Shown: positions 41,503 through 51,493, counted from the first letter of the stretch. The stretch is DNA of 64,000 nucleotides from Spirochaetia bacterium (GCA_965198005.1 CBDAOI010000004.1:704001-768000), one strand, 5' to 3'. Translations and numbers: made by a program. Notes: generated from the sequence alone by a model not told the origin.

Positions 41503-42158
41503 AACCGGTCACTGCGCTGCCTGTCATCGTGACGCTTCATGACCATCCGTCGAACCCCAAGTGAGGCACGCTAGCATAGGCGCGGCGCGCCGTCAACGAC
41601 TCGTGGGGGTCACCGGGGTGAGCGAAGGTCACCGGCAACCGGTCACTGCGCTGACTGTCATCATGGCGTTTCATCACCGTTCCATCGGACCCCAAGCGAA
41701 GCAAGCTTGCTCTGGACGCGGCCACCCTGTCAACGACTCGGACGTCACCGACCGTGACCGCCAACCGGTCACTGCGCTGACTGTCGTCATGGCGCGTCAT
41801 CATCGATCGGTCGAACCCCAAGCGAGGCAAGCATGCGATGGACGCGACCACCCGGTCAACGACTCGGAGGTCTCCGAACGTCACCGGCCACCGGCCACTG
41901 CGCTGACTGTCATCATGGCGCGTCATCATCGATCCGTCGAACCCCACACGAGGCAAGCTTGCTATGGACGCGACCAGCCTGTCAACGACTCGGACGTCAC
42001 CGAACATCACCGGCCACCGGCCACTGCGCTGCCTGTCATCATGGCGCTTCATCATCGATCCGTCGAACCCAGGCGAGGCAAGCTTGCTATGGACGCGACC
42101 ACCCGGTCAACCACTCGGAGGTGACCGACCCTGACCGCCGAACCCCAGGCGAGGCAAG
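41503..42158. repeat. Tandem array of five ~126-bp units plus a partial sixth
   Basis: Units start at 41503, 41637, 41763, 41889, 42015 (period 134,126,126,126) with ACCGG(T/C)CACTGCGCTG...GTCAAC(G/C)ACTCG. Confidence 0.93.
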
Positions 42159-42178
42159 GTGCGCGGCGCGCCCTGCAG

Positions 42179-42250
42179 CTGGTCAAGCGCAGCTCGCTGG
42201 TGATGGTGTTCCCCGAGCGGCCGTCCGTCCGTGCTCGGGCTTGCGTATCC
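42179..42250. repeat. Dispersed repeat, copy 1 (copy 2 at 54939-55022)
   Basis: CTGGTCAAGCGCAGCTCGCTGGTG...CCCGAGCGGCC...GGCTTGCGTATC. Confidence 0.75.
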
Positions 42251-42279
42251 CCGACACGGTCAGTGCACGGGCCCCGAGC

Positions 42280-42582
42280 TCAGAGCGGCTTCCGCGGTGC
42301 TTCCAGCGTAGCCAACGCGGCCAGTACTGACTCGCCGCTGGCGTTGCCCGTGGCACCCAGCGCGGCAAGGCGGTCGAGGGCTTCCCATAGTGTCACTCCC
42401 AGTAGACCGGCAGCTTGCCGTAGGCTGACCTCCCCTACCCGGTGCTGGCCGGCGACGTAGGCTTCGAATCCCATTCGGGCCAGCTTGCGCAATGACTGTG
42501 CCTGCGCGGCGTGTTCCCGGTCGGCGACATACCGGACGGCTGTCTCAATTTCCTCGGTAATCCGTATGCTGCGAACACTCAT
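42280..42582 (-). CDS. UPF0175-like antitoxin/HTH protein
   Basis: SIRI.EE...SLRKL...GEVSLRQAA.LLG..LWE. Confidence 0.7.
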   Translation of the reverse strand: MSVRSIRITEEIETAVRYVADREHAAQAQSLRKLARMGFEAYVAGQHRVGEVSLRQAAGLLGVTLWEALDRLAALGATGNASGESVLAALATLEAPRKPL

Positions 42583-42585
42583 TGC

Positions 42586-42845
42586 TCAAGTCCTCTCATC
42601 AGGTGGCGAACGATCTGATATTCTTCGCTGCTGATGGACTGCTGAAGACGCTGCAGCAACCGCTCGGCCTCTTGTCGCGATGTTCGTGGCAATCAGTTCT
42701 GACGCCGCGCGACCAGAACCTTGGACCACGGCCTCCTTCACGACGGGCTCCGGGACGACCACCTTGAAGGCGTCGAGGACATGCTCCTTGTATCCCGCCT
42801 GCGTGATCTTGATCAGGCAATCTGCGTCCATCAGCACGTGAAGCA
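42586..42845 (-). pseudogene. PIN (DUF3368-like) toxin, internally deleted
   Basis: VLMDADCLIKIT...VVVPEPVVKEAV then loss of homology. Confidence 0.6.
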
Positions 42846-43099
42846 CGTAGTGCATTGTAGTCCGGGAAGGACAACGAGGCAAGGCCAGCCTGAGCGCCTA
42901 GTGGATCGGACGACGTTGAACGACCTCTCGTACGAGACCTCGGGTGGAGAGAAGGCACGCATGCCCTCCAGGCGGGCAGCGTCGAGGCGCCAGCGGTCCA
43001 CCTCGAGGCCGAGCTCCCTCATGCCCCGTTCCACGCAGTTGACCTGCACCTCGTAACCAATCAGAAGCGCCACGAAGATTTCGACAGTCGTACAGTGAT

Positions 43100-44518
43100 A
43101 TGGCCACTCAAGTTGCGCTCGCTGCCACCGCCGGGCACAAACGGTACATTGCGCGCGGCAAGAACCAGTTGCACACCATCTTCGAAAACCACTTCAGTGA
43201 GTTCTGCGATCAGTACGATGAGCGCTTCGCCCAGAAATACGGAAGGTTCCGTCTACGACGGATAGAAAGCGTCGCCGAACGGTTTGGCACGTGCGGCGAC
43301 TATCGACACGGGGTCGCCCGTATCCGCTGCACCAATCCCGAATGTGGCCACGACCACTTTCGGCCATTCAGCTGCTTAACGTAAGCGAAGCGTCGTCGGG
43401 TTCTACCTCTGCCCGTCGTGTAGCCAGAAACGGACGCTTCTATTTGCCGAGCATCTCACTGACGAGGTGCTTCTGAACTTGCCGCATCGCCAGTTCGTGT
43501 TCGCCCTGCCGAAGGCGCTGCGCATCTTCTTCCGCCACGACCGCCGGCTATTCGGCCATGTCTCGCGGCTGATCTACCACATCATCCAGGAGTTCTATCA
43601 TCAAGCTGCCGGTAGGCCGATTCGGACCGGTGTCGTAATCGCTCACCAGACATTCGGCGACATGTTGCGCTGGAACCCTCATTTCCACGCAATCGTCTTG
43701 GAAGGCGGTTTCGACGAGCAGGGTACCTTCGTGTACATACCGCTTGGCCACCTCCAGGCCATGACCGAGCTGCTGCGTCGCCGGGTGGTCGCGTTGCTGG
43801 TGGATCAGAAGCTACTCGACCGCCGCTTCGCGCGTAACATGCTCTCCTGGCGGCACTCCGGCTTCAGCATTGACAATTCAGTTCGCATCCTCGATCGAGG
43901 TGTACAGCGATCTCTGGCTGAATACGTCTCGCGCCCTGCGATCTCCGCGCAAGCGCTGGAACAAGATCCGCTATGAACCCTTCAAAGGTCGTGTGTTGTT
44001 CCACACCACATACTCGGACTATTTCAAGCGCTGGGAATGCCAGCGCCAGAAATCGTACACCTCTTCGACGCTCTGGACTTCCTTGCCGAGCTCGGAGATT
44101 GCCTGCGGCAACTCTACAGCACATCCCACCGGCGCGGGTGCAACTCATTCGTCGTTATGGTTTGTACTCCTCGCGGATCAAGGGTCACTGGACCCGCATG
44201 CCCTACGTTCTGCAGCGGGCGCCATCAGGTTGGACGAGCCAAGATGACGACACGGCCGCCACCGCATCCAACAGGGCCGCGAGCTCAGAGGTGCCTGCAA
44301 CGGAAACCGACGCTCCAGACGCGCGTGAACGTCGGCATGCGTGGGCCCGCCTGCTCGCTCGAGTCTACGAAATCGACCCACTTGTCTGCCCCCGCTGCGG
44401 AGCCCGGTTACGGGTGATTGCAGTGATCCGGAATCCCGTGCAAATCATAAAGATCCTGAACCACTTGGTGAGAACCGGTCGGGCACCGCCGGGGCTCGAT
44501 CCGACCACCCTCGACTGA
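43100..44518 (+). pseudogene. IS91-like Y2/HUH transposase with N-terminal zinc-binding domain, interrupted by four short hairpin insertions
   Basis: RC...CGH...PFSC, CPSC, HRQFVF.LP, HQTFG..L.WNPHFH, HSGFS, QHIP, IRRYGLY, WARLL.RVYEIDPL.CPRCG. Confidence 0.9.
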
Positions 44519-44782
44519 ACAGGTTACTCGGCGCTGAGCCGAACTGCCGCTCGGATTGCGGCGGCGGTTCCACCCAGGGCAAGGTGCGAACGCCCGCGTC
44601 GGCGGCAGTCTTCACCGAGCCTCATCGCAGCCCCTATGCGCGGCATTCTCACCGGCACGCGCCGGCGTCAGCTGTCGTTATCGCTGCTTCAGCCAGCCGT
44701 TCGCCATCGTGTCGATCAGTTACCATCCCGATGCTGCTCGCGGTGCTTTTACGCTCGTTCGCTCTCGATTACTCTTCCTATC

Positions 44783-45085
44783 ATTTGACAAGAACCATCA
44801 ACGCGTTCGCGAACTCCTCGCGCGCACCAAGACCGATCTGGTAACCACCTGGCCGGTCATGACCGAGACTTGTCACATGTTGGACTTCCGCGTGGATGCC
44901 CAGTTGAGCTTCCTGGAATGGATGCAGCCTGGCGCACTACAGCTGCACGAACTGAGAGCGACCGATCTGCAGAGGATCATCAGCTTGACCCGGGACTACC
45001 GCGATCGACCCATGGACCTTGCCGATGCGAGTTTGCTGGTGACCTCAGAAACACTCGATGTGCGGCAGATTATACGCGCCGACAA
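44783..45085 (+). pseudogene. VapC/PIN toxin lacking its N-terminus, abutting the probable IS91-like end (CTTCCTATC at ~44782)
   Basis: LVTTWPVMTETCHML, YRDRPMDLADASL. Confidence 0.8.
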
Positions 45086-45139
45086 GAAGCCGCACGAGAA
45101 CCTGCTGTATGGGTGAGACATGCGTGGCCTGCCGCAGGC

Positions 45140-45248
45140 GACCACCCCAGCTGGGAATCTCGATCGGCAGGTCGAATCCAAGGAAGCTCAACGCCGCCTC
45201 CGAGATAATCACCCCGCCGCCGTTGATGCTGAAGACGACGATGATGCG
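45140..45248 (-). pseudogene. DppC-type permease fragment
   Basis: IIVVFSINGGGVIISEAALSFLGFDLPIEIPSWGG, near-identical to 47560-47670. Confidence 0.85.
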
Positions 45249-45780
45249 AGCCGAATCGGTCACGTTTATGAGTCGGGGTCTATCGCTGTGGGTCTCTCGA
45301 CAGACGCCTCGCCGGCAAGGGCCACGAGGCGAGAGCAGAGTTCGTCCGACAGACGGTAACCGGTCGCCTGCAACGCGTCCAGGGCACCGGCAACGCTAGC
45401 GATCAAATTTCGTTGTTTGGCGGCGACGAGTACGCGCCCCGTGCCGATGATCGTGAGCTCATGATTCCGTGCGGCAATTCGACCGCGGCGTTCGTGTCGT
45501 CAGATCGGAACCTGCAGTTCGTCGTCGAGCTCGGCCGGCGGATAGTCAACGGCCACGGAACTGCTCGCCCAGGCCGGACGGTGTGAGGGACCAGCACACC
45601 ATCGGCTGCCTCGAATGGGCTCATACCGGTGTGCCTTCCCGCTGAATATTCCAACCGAGGGGAAACCGGCTGAGCTCACGCCATTGCTCCTCGCTGTACA
45701 ACAGCGCTGCAAACACCTGGTCGTATTCGCGTAGTCGGAGTATTCGGCGCTCCCCTCCCTCTACAATCTCTCTTGCCTGG

Positions 45781-45833
45781 GGTGGGTCAATTTCCGACCG
45801 GCGCCCTGGGTCACTTTCCGGCCGGTGTCAGCA
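45781..45833 (-). mobile_element. Isolated IS21-family terminal repeat
   Basis: Minus strand TGCTGACACCGGCCGGAAAGTGACCCA-GGGCG-CCGGTCGGAAATTGACCCACC: TG end with two tandem ~19-bp binding repeats; no istA/istB. Confidence 0.7.
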
Positions 45834-45940
45834 TACGTCGGACAGAATGGAGCGCAATCTCTTGCGCAACTTAGGCGAGAGCTTGCGAATGTCTTTCAGC
45901 GCTTGCTTGGTGATCCGGACCTCGTAGGTAGCTCTTTCCC
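45834..45940 (-). pseudogene. RelE/YoeB-type toxin N-terminal fragment, cut at the IS21 end
   Basis: YEVRITKQALKDIRKLSPKLRKRLRSILSDV. Confidence 0.7.
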
Positions 45941-46189
45941 ATCAAACACCTCGTCGACTGAGTACGTCTGGCCGTTCGCTATTTCTTGGTCGGCTGCACG
46001 CACGCTTTCTTTGAGGCCCGCGACGGAGAGCAGCTCGAGCGTCTCGATGAGGTTCTCGTAGTCCACCTCCGACATCAGCACCGCACTCCCCTCGTTCGAG
46101 GTGATTCTGACCTGTCGATGCCCCCTGACCGTGTTCTTGATCAGATTGAGGAGCTCGGCTCGCGCGCTGCTCGCGGTGATCGTTTTCAT
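45896..46189 (-). CDS. Phd/YefM family antitoxin
   Basis: MKTITASSARAEL, AVLMSE.DYENLIETLELLS. Confidence 0.88.
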   Translation of the reverse strand: MKTITASSARAELLNLIKNTVRGHRQVRITSNEGSAVLMSEVDYENLIETLELLSVAGLKESVRAADQEIANGQTYSVDEVFDGKELPTRSGSPSKR

Positions 46190-46311
46190 TGCACGTACGC
46201 AGTTATGTACAGCGCTCGAGGCGGAGGCGGCGGCGTCGGCGACTTCAGTGTGCAAAAGGCCGGGCCGAATATGGTGTCAAGCGCACCCCAACCCGCTCAA
46301 CGCGCTGCGTC

Positions 46312-46360
46312 ACCGCTAGCCGGCGACTGGGGTGGATGGCGTCGGTGCCCATACGCCGAG
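46312..46360. repeat. Dispersed ~50-bp repeat (copy 2 at 51498-51549)
   Basis: ACCGCTAGCCGGCG.CTGGG.TGGATGGCGTCGGTGCCCATACGC. Confidence 0.8.
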
Positions 46361-46588
46361 GAGCAGGATCTGTGCACACACGGCTGCGCCGCGCTTAGGC
46401 GCACGCGCGGGCTTAGCAATGGCTCCTGCCCCGTGGATCGGGCGCACTTCAGTTGAGGCCCCCCAAAAAGGGCTGTTCAGAGAATCGTGTGCGTAGCCTG
46501 TAGCTGGGCGGCACCAGAATCGGAAGGTTGGCGAGGTGGTAGAGGCCCACCTCCTGTGGCATTGATACGGGAAATCGTACCGCGGCCG

Positions 46589-46849
46589 TTACTCCGCCAT
46601 CTCCCGCCCATCAGCGATGCGATCTGTGTCCTCTAGCGGTGCATCGGCCACGGCGGCGAGAGCCTCGGCAAATGCGCGCGGATCGTAGTTGGCCGCGGCG
46701 TCCCTGAAGAAATCCCGCGTCTCCTGTCGGATCACCTCGTTGTTCACCGACGTTACGACCAAGCTGTTCAGCGAAACACCTTCTTCCTTGGCGAGCGCTT
46801 TGAGTCGCCCATGGACGCGGTCGGGGAACCTCACTTGGATCGTCTTCAT
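46589..46849 (-). CDS. HicB-like / ribbon-helix-helix antitoxin
   Basis: SD AAGGAG; IQVRFPDRVH.RL..LA..EGVSLN. Confidence 0.85.
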   Translation of the reverse strand: MKTIQVRFPDRVHGRLKALAKEEGVSLNSLVVTSVNNEVIRQETRDFFRDAAANYDPRAFAEALAAVADAPLEDTDRIADGREMAE

Positions 46850-46859
46850 GTCTCACTCC

Positions 46860-47288
46860 TTACTCGTCGGATGATACTCGTCGAATGAAGTCTCCAGGGC
46901 GTAGCACCTCTATGGGGTACTCGAGCTGCGGATTCTCGAAGTCGCCTACGTTGTGCGTAACGATAACTTCGGCATCGAAGTTCGCCGCACATTCGTACAC
47001 CATGTCATCGTTCGCGTCCCTGAGATTGGGGCGAAGCCGGTAGTAGATAGGAACCTCTTCGGTGTAGTGCGCAAGAGCCGCGAGGATTGCCTCCACCTGT
47101 CGCTCTTCAAGGCTCGTATTCCCCTCGGTGAGCGTCCTGATCAGCTGCGCCCGATACTCCAGAAACAGCGCCACCGACGTTCCAAAGTGGAAACGCCGGT
47201 GCGGGATCTCCGACAGAAGCGCGAAACTCGCGCCCTGACGACTCCGAACGGCTGAGACCCAGACACAAGTATCGATAACTACCCTGAT
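46860..47288 (-). pseudogene. PIN toxin (TIGR00305-like) with ATC at the expected start
   Basis: (I)RVVIDTCVWVSAVRS..GAS, LFLEY, LRDANDDMVYECA, IVTHN..DF in one frame; no ATG/GTG/TTG before 47174. Confidence 0.75.
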
Positions 47289-47297
47289 GGCGGCATA

Positions 47298-47325
47298 TAT
47301 ACACCTGCAGATGCATCTGTGTCAA
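47298..47325 (-). promoter_or_regulatory. Promoter with palindromic operator for the PIN/RHH module
   Basis: TTGACA followed directly by the perfect palindrome CAGATGCATCTG (47308-47319) and an AT-rich -10 region. Confidence 0.5.
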
Positions 47326-47367
47326 GGAACGCATGCGCGCGGGAACCAGCCGTGTTGTGGGCCCGCG

Positions 47368-48282
47368 TCAAGCCGACCGGGCGCCCGCGGCGCCATGGGC
47401 ACCCAGCCGCCCGGCGCCACCGACCAGCCGCGGGTCGAGGAGGTCGCGCACCGCGTCGCCGAGCATGTTCAGGCTGTACACGGTAACCGTCAGAGCCAGG
47501 CCGGGCCAAAAGGCGAGGTGTGGCGCCGCCTCCATATACTGGCGTCCCTCCCTGCTGAGTAGGCCACCCCAGCTGGGAACCTCGATCGGCAGGCCGAATC
47601 CAAGGAAGCTCAACGCCGCCTCCGAGATAATCACGCCGCCGACGTTGATACTGAAGACGACGATTATGGGAGCCGCGATATTGGGAAGCACATGGCGCAG
47701 CAGTATCTGCAATTTCGAGGCGCCAATCGCCAGCGCGGACTGAAAGTAGTCGTTCTCCTTTACCGCGATAACGGCGCTCCTGAGCACTCGCGAGCCGACG
47801 ATGCCTCCCGAGATGCCCAGCACCAGGATGAGCTGCAACAGCCCCTTTCCCAAGATGGATATGATGGTCAACAACAGCAGCAGTCCCGGGAACGACATCC
47901 AGGCATCGACGAACCGCTGCACCACCAGGTCCAGTCTGCCGCCGAGGAACCCTGAGGTGCCGCCTATCAGAACAGCGACCAGAACGTTGAGCGTGGTGGC
48001 GGCCAGACCCACCGTCAGGGAGATACGGGCGCCGTGGATGATGCGGCTCAGGAAGTCGCGCCCGAGGTGGTCGGTACCCAGCAGATACTGGGCTGATGAG
48101 CCCTGCAATCGGTCGGGCAGGTGCCTCTCACCATAGGGGTAGGGAGCGATCACGTCAGCGAAGACGGCCACCAGAATCAGGATCACTACGGCAATGCCGC
48201 TGGCCGTTCCCAGCGGTTTCTCCTTGACCAGCCGGGTCAAGAACCGCGTGCGCCCGCTGTTTTGACTGCTTTGACCCACCAC
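47368..48282 (-). CDS. Peptide ABC transporter permease (DppC family), intact
   Basis: KPLG, LLGTDHLGRD, ENDYF, HVLPN, SWGG, LLDPR. Confidence 0.93.
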   Translation of the reverse strand: MVGQSSQNSGRTRFLTRLVKEKPLGTASGIAVVILILVAVFADVIAPYPYGERHLPDRLQGSSAQYLLGTDHLGRDFLSRIIHGARISLTVGLAATTLNVLVAVLIGGTSGFLGGRLDLVVQRFVDAWMSFPGLLLLLTIISILGKGLLQLILVLGISGGIVGSRVLRSAVIAVKENDYFQSALAIGASKLQILLRHVLPNIAAPIIVVFSINVGGVIISEAALSFLGFGLPIEVPSWGGLLSREGRQYMEAAPHLAFWPGLALTVTVYSLNMLGDAVRDLLDPRLVGGAGRLGAHGAAGARSA

Positions 48283-48293
48283 TGTTTGACCGC

Positions 48294-49237
48294 CTACTGG
48301 TAGCGGACCCGGGGATCCAGGACCGCATAGACCAGGTCAATCATCAGGTTGATCCCCATCACCGCGCTGCCGAACACCAGGTTGATGCCGGCGACCACCG
48401 GGAAGTCTCGGTCGTTGAGAGCCACCAGCATCAGACGACCCAACCCGGGCAGGTTGAAGATGTTCTCGATGATGACGGCACCACCCACCAGGATGGGCAA
48501 CTGCAGGCCGATCATCGTAACCACCGGAATGAGGACATTCTTGACCGCATGCCGCACCACCACCACCCGCTCCTTCAGGCCCTTGGACCACGCCGTCCTG
48601 ATGTAGTCCTGCCGCAGCACCTCCAGCATCATCGTGCGCGTCATCCGCATGGTAGCCGCAGCCAGGTAGGTCCCCAGAATCAGACTCGGAATCAGGAACA
48701 TGCCCAGATTCCCCAGCGGGTCTTCGCTGAACGTGATCAGCCGCATCGGCGGCGACCAGCCCCACCAGATGGCCGGGTAGATCATGACCATGAGGGCGAG
48801 CCAGAAGTTGGGCGTTGCCAGGCCCAGGATGGCGATGGAGCGGCCGGCGTAGTCGACCGCCGTATCCTGGCGAATTGCCGAGTAGATGCCGACCGGCAGG
48901 GCTATCGACAGCCCGATGACGATTGCCATGACACCCAGCTCAATGGTTACCGGCAATCTACCGAGAATCTTCTCCTCTACCGCCCAATCGCCCATCAGTG
49001 AGCGCCCAAGGGTGCCGTATCTCCCAACCAGCGGCCATACTGCACGTAGACCGGCTGGTCCAGTCCCAGCATGCGCTCGAGCGCTTCTCGGTCCACCCGC
49101 CCGTGGCCTGCCAACTGACTTTGCATGACGTCGATGACATCGCCGGGGATGAAGCGGACCGAGAGAAAGACCAGGATGCTCAGGATGAACAGGGTGGGGA
49201 TGATCAGCAACAACCGCCTGATGATGTGGGCTCTCAT
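48294..49237 (-). pseudogene. Peptide ABC transporter permease (DppB family), frameshifted by a small deletion near 49018
   Basis: MRAHIIRRL...YVQYGRWLGD, then GTLGRSLMG...QDYIRTAWSKGL...LDPRVRY in another frame. Confidence 0.85.
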
Positions 49238-49326
49238 ATGCTAGAGCGCCTGTGCCGCCTCATCGCGATCTTCCCGTCGTTGCACCCTGGAGGGGGACAA
49301 TCCCTTGTCCCCCTCCGGAGAGAGGG

Positions 49327-51132
49327 CTAATATCCCATTTCTGCCTTCAGCTCACTATCAATCCAGAGGCGCGGGAGGACGGTGAGGCGGTCCATAAATC
49401 CAAGCAACGTTTCACCGTTAAATCCGACGACCCACGGCTGGTTCGCCATGTATTTTCCAGCTTTAGGACCCCATATCCACCAGTGGTTCTCCATGGTGTA
49501 CATATCCACCTCTTTGACCAGCCTCTGTTGCTCCTCAATGGAAGTAGTGGCTTGGGCGGCGTCGAGAAGGGAGTCCAACTCAGGGTACCTGATTCCGTGT
49601 AACTCTTCGTGGCTGCTCGAGTGTACCAGGCTGCGTACCATACGAATCGGGGCGCCATTCCAGCCCAGAGGTGTCCACATCAGACCTTCCCAAGTACGGT
49701 CCTTTCGAGCAGCAGCATTGGCAGCTCCATCCAATGGGTTGATCTCCACATCAACGCCAATCTCAGCCCAGTAGGTAGCAGTTAGTTCGCTGTAGCCTAA
49801 ATCCAAGCTAGCAGGAAGGGTCAGTGTGGTCTTGAATCGAATGCCGTCCGCCCCGCGCGGATATCCGGCCTCGTCCAGCAAAGCTTCCGCCCCTGCCGGA
49901 TCGTACCGATAGCCCTTCTTGACCTCTTCGGGCCACTCTTCAAAGGGAGTGAAATACCCGCCGATGGCTTCCCCTACTATACCCTGAGGCTGCCACAGTG
50001 CAGTGCCCTTGTAGAAGTCGCGGTCAATGCCCTCGAGGTCTATTGCCATCTGCATGGCCCGGCGCACCCTGACGTCGTCAAAGGGTGGCTTGCTCGCGTC
50101 CAGAACATAAGTGTTTTCGGAACGATCCCACCACGGTTGCAGCACGATTTCGGGGTTGTTCTTCCGGAGGCTCTCGAGCACGTCGACCGATGTGATATCA
50201 GCGGTACCAGCAGGGAAACCCAGGAAATCAATCTTACCGGCGCGCAGTCCCGCGATGTAGGTCGCTTCCTCTGCGATGAAAAGGCCATGTATCTCGTCAA
50301 TATAGGGTAGACGATTCCCCGGGTACTTCTCGTCGTCTTTCCAGTAGTCAGGATTCTTCTGCAAGGTAAAAGAGCTGCCGTCGGTCCAGTCGGTGACGGA
50401 ATAGGGCCCGGTACCGACCAGGTTCCTCCAGTCCTTCACGTCACCGTGCTCCTTGATGACCTCGGGCGCGTTTATATAGGTGAGGCTCTGGCCGAGATAC
50501 TGTGCAAGCGCTGCGTTACTGGGCTCCGCCAGCTTGATAACAACCGTGTATCGGTCGGTGGCCGTTACCGACTCGCCAGGTGGCAGCTGCCACGTAAGGG
50601 CGGTCGGTCCGGCTTCCGCAAAGTCGCCCAGGCCCAGCATGCGCTGAAAGTTGAATACGACATCATCAGCGGTTAGTTCTCTCCCATCCATCGGCGCCTT
50701 GTTTTGCCATTTAATACCTTTGCGGATCTTGAAGATAATCGTGAGTGGGTCGGGAGTGTCCCAGCTCTCAGCCAGATGCGGTCTAAAGAGGGATAGAGGC
50801 AGGTACTGGCTACTGAACGAAAATATGTCCCTATCTATTGCCCAGTCCATGATTCCCAGCTTCTCTGTGGTGGCACCGGTGACCAGTGTTGGGACATGGC
50901 TGAAATGGGTGTCAGCATTAAATGGCATCCAGGTGGCGTTCGTTGCAACGATCAATGTCCCGCCATACTCTGGTGCCACCACCACCTTGCCGGTGGTGGG
51001 GTCGGTCACATACTTCTTGTCGGCAGCGGCTGCCGGCTCCTCCTCTGCGCCAGCCGCCCACAGCCCGGTTGCGGTCAGCATGAGGCCACACAGCACTGCG
51101 AGCCCCGTCTTAAATAGAATTGTCTGTCTCAT
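49327..51132 (-). CDS. Family-5 ABC solute-binding protein, intact
   Basis: SD GGAGG; signal peptide, PEYGG, GTGPY, PFDDVRVRRA, QPWV.GFNGE, RLWID. Confidence 0.93.
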   Translation of the reverse strand: MRQTILFKTGLAVLCGLMLTATGLWAAGAEEEPAAAADKKYVTDPTTGKVVVAPEYGGTLIVATNATWMPFNADTHFSHVPTLVTGATTEKLGIMDWAIDRDIFSFSSQYLPLSLFRPHLAESWDTPDPLTIIFKIRKGIKWQNKAPMDGRELTADDVVFNFQRMLGLGDFAEAGPTALTWQLPPGESVTATDRYTVVIKLAEPSNAALAQYLGQSLTYINAPEVIKEHGDVKDWRNLVGTGPYSVTDWTDGSSFTLQKNPDYWKDDEKYPGNRLPYIDEIHGLFIAEEATYIAGLRAGKIDFLGFPAGTADITSVDVLESLRKNNPEIVLQPWWDRSENTYVLDASKPPFDDVRVRRAMQMAIDLEGIDRDFYKGTALWQPQGIVGEAIGGYFTPFEEWPEEVKKGYRYDPAGAEALLDEAGYPRGADGIRFKTTLTLPASLDLGYSELTATYWAEIGVDVEINPLDGAANAAARKDRTWEGLMWTPLGWNGAPIRMVRSLVHSSSHEELHGIRYPELDSLLDAAQATTSIEEQQRLVKEVDMYTMENHWWIWGPKAGKYMANQPWVVGFNGETLLGFMDRLTVLPRLWIDSELKAEMGY

Positions 51133-51461
51133 AGAGATAGACCTCCAAAAAATATTGTTTGAGAGCAGTCATTCCACTGCCGGCCCCTCGCCTGCTCCAT
51201 TCGAGCGAGGGCGACACCCCTTAGCGGCGCAGCCGCCCGGTCTCTGCGTTATTCCTTTACCCCGTACCTCCTTTGACGCGCGCCACGCCGTGGTGGCGGT
51301 CGTACAGCCGGTAGATACGGCGTGGTAGCGGTTGCGACGCGTCGACGCCTCGCGGTGACGACGTCGACCGGCGGACGCGCGGAAACGTGCGGCTGTGCGC
51401 CACACGGATCGATACCGCCGCGCTCAGCACCGGCGCCGAGCGGCTGGCTGTCGCGCGGTTA

Positions 51462-51493
51462 GGTAGTCGGGTAGTCGGGTAGTCGGGTAGTCG
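51462..51493. repeat. 4 x 8-bp microsatellite (GGTAGTCG)
   Basis: Four perfect copies. Confidence 0.95.

Noticed and set aside
41537-42124. Repeat proteins from ORFs 41537-42055 (-) and 41561-42124 (+)
   Set aside because: No SD, mostly non-synonymous differences between units and frame-breaking indels in units 1 and 5; not fully excluded.
41503-42158. CRISPR array
   Set aside because: Units are similar along their whole 126 bp with no unique spacers, and no cas genes are present.
45400-45730. Possible PemK/MazF-like remnant (MSPFEAADGVLVP)
   Set aside because: Too short and degenerate to support.
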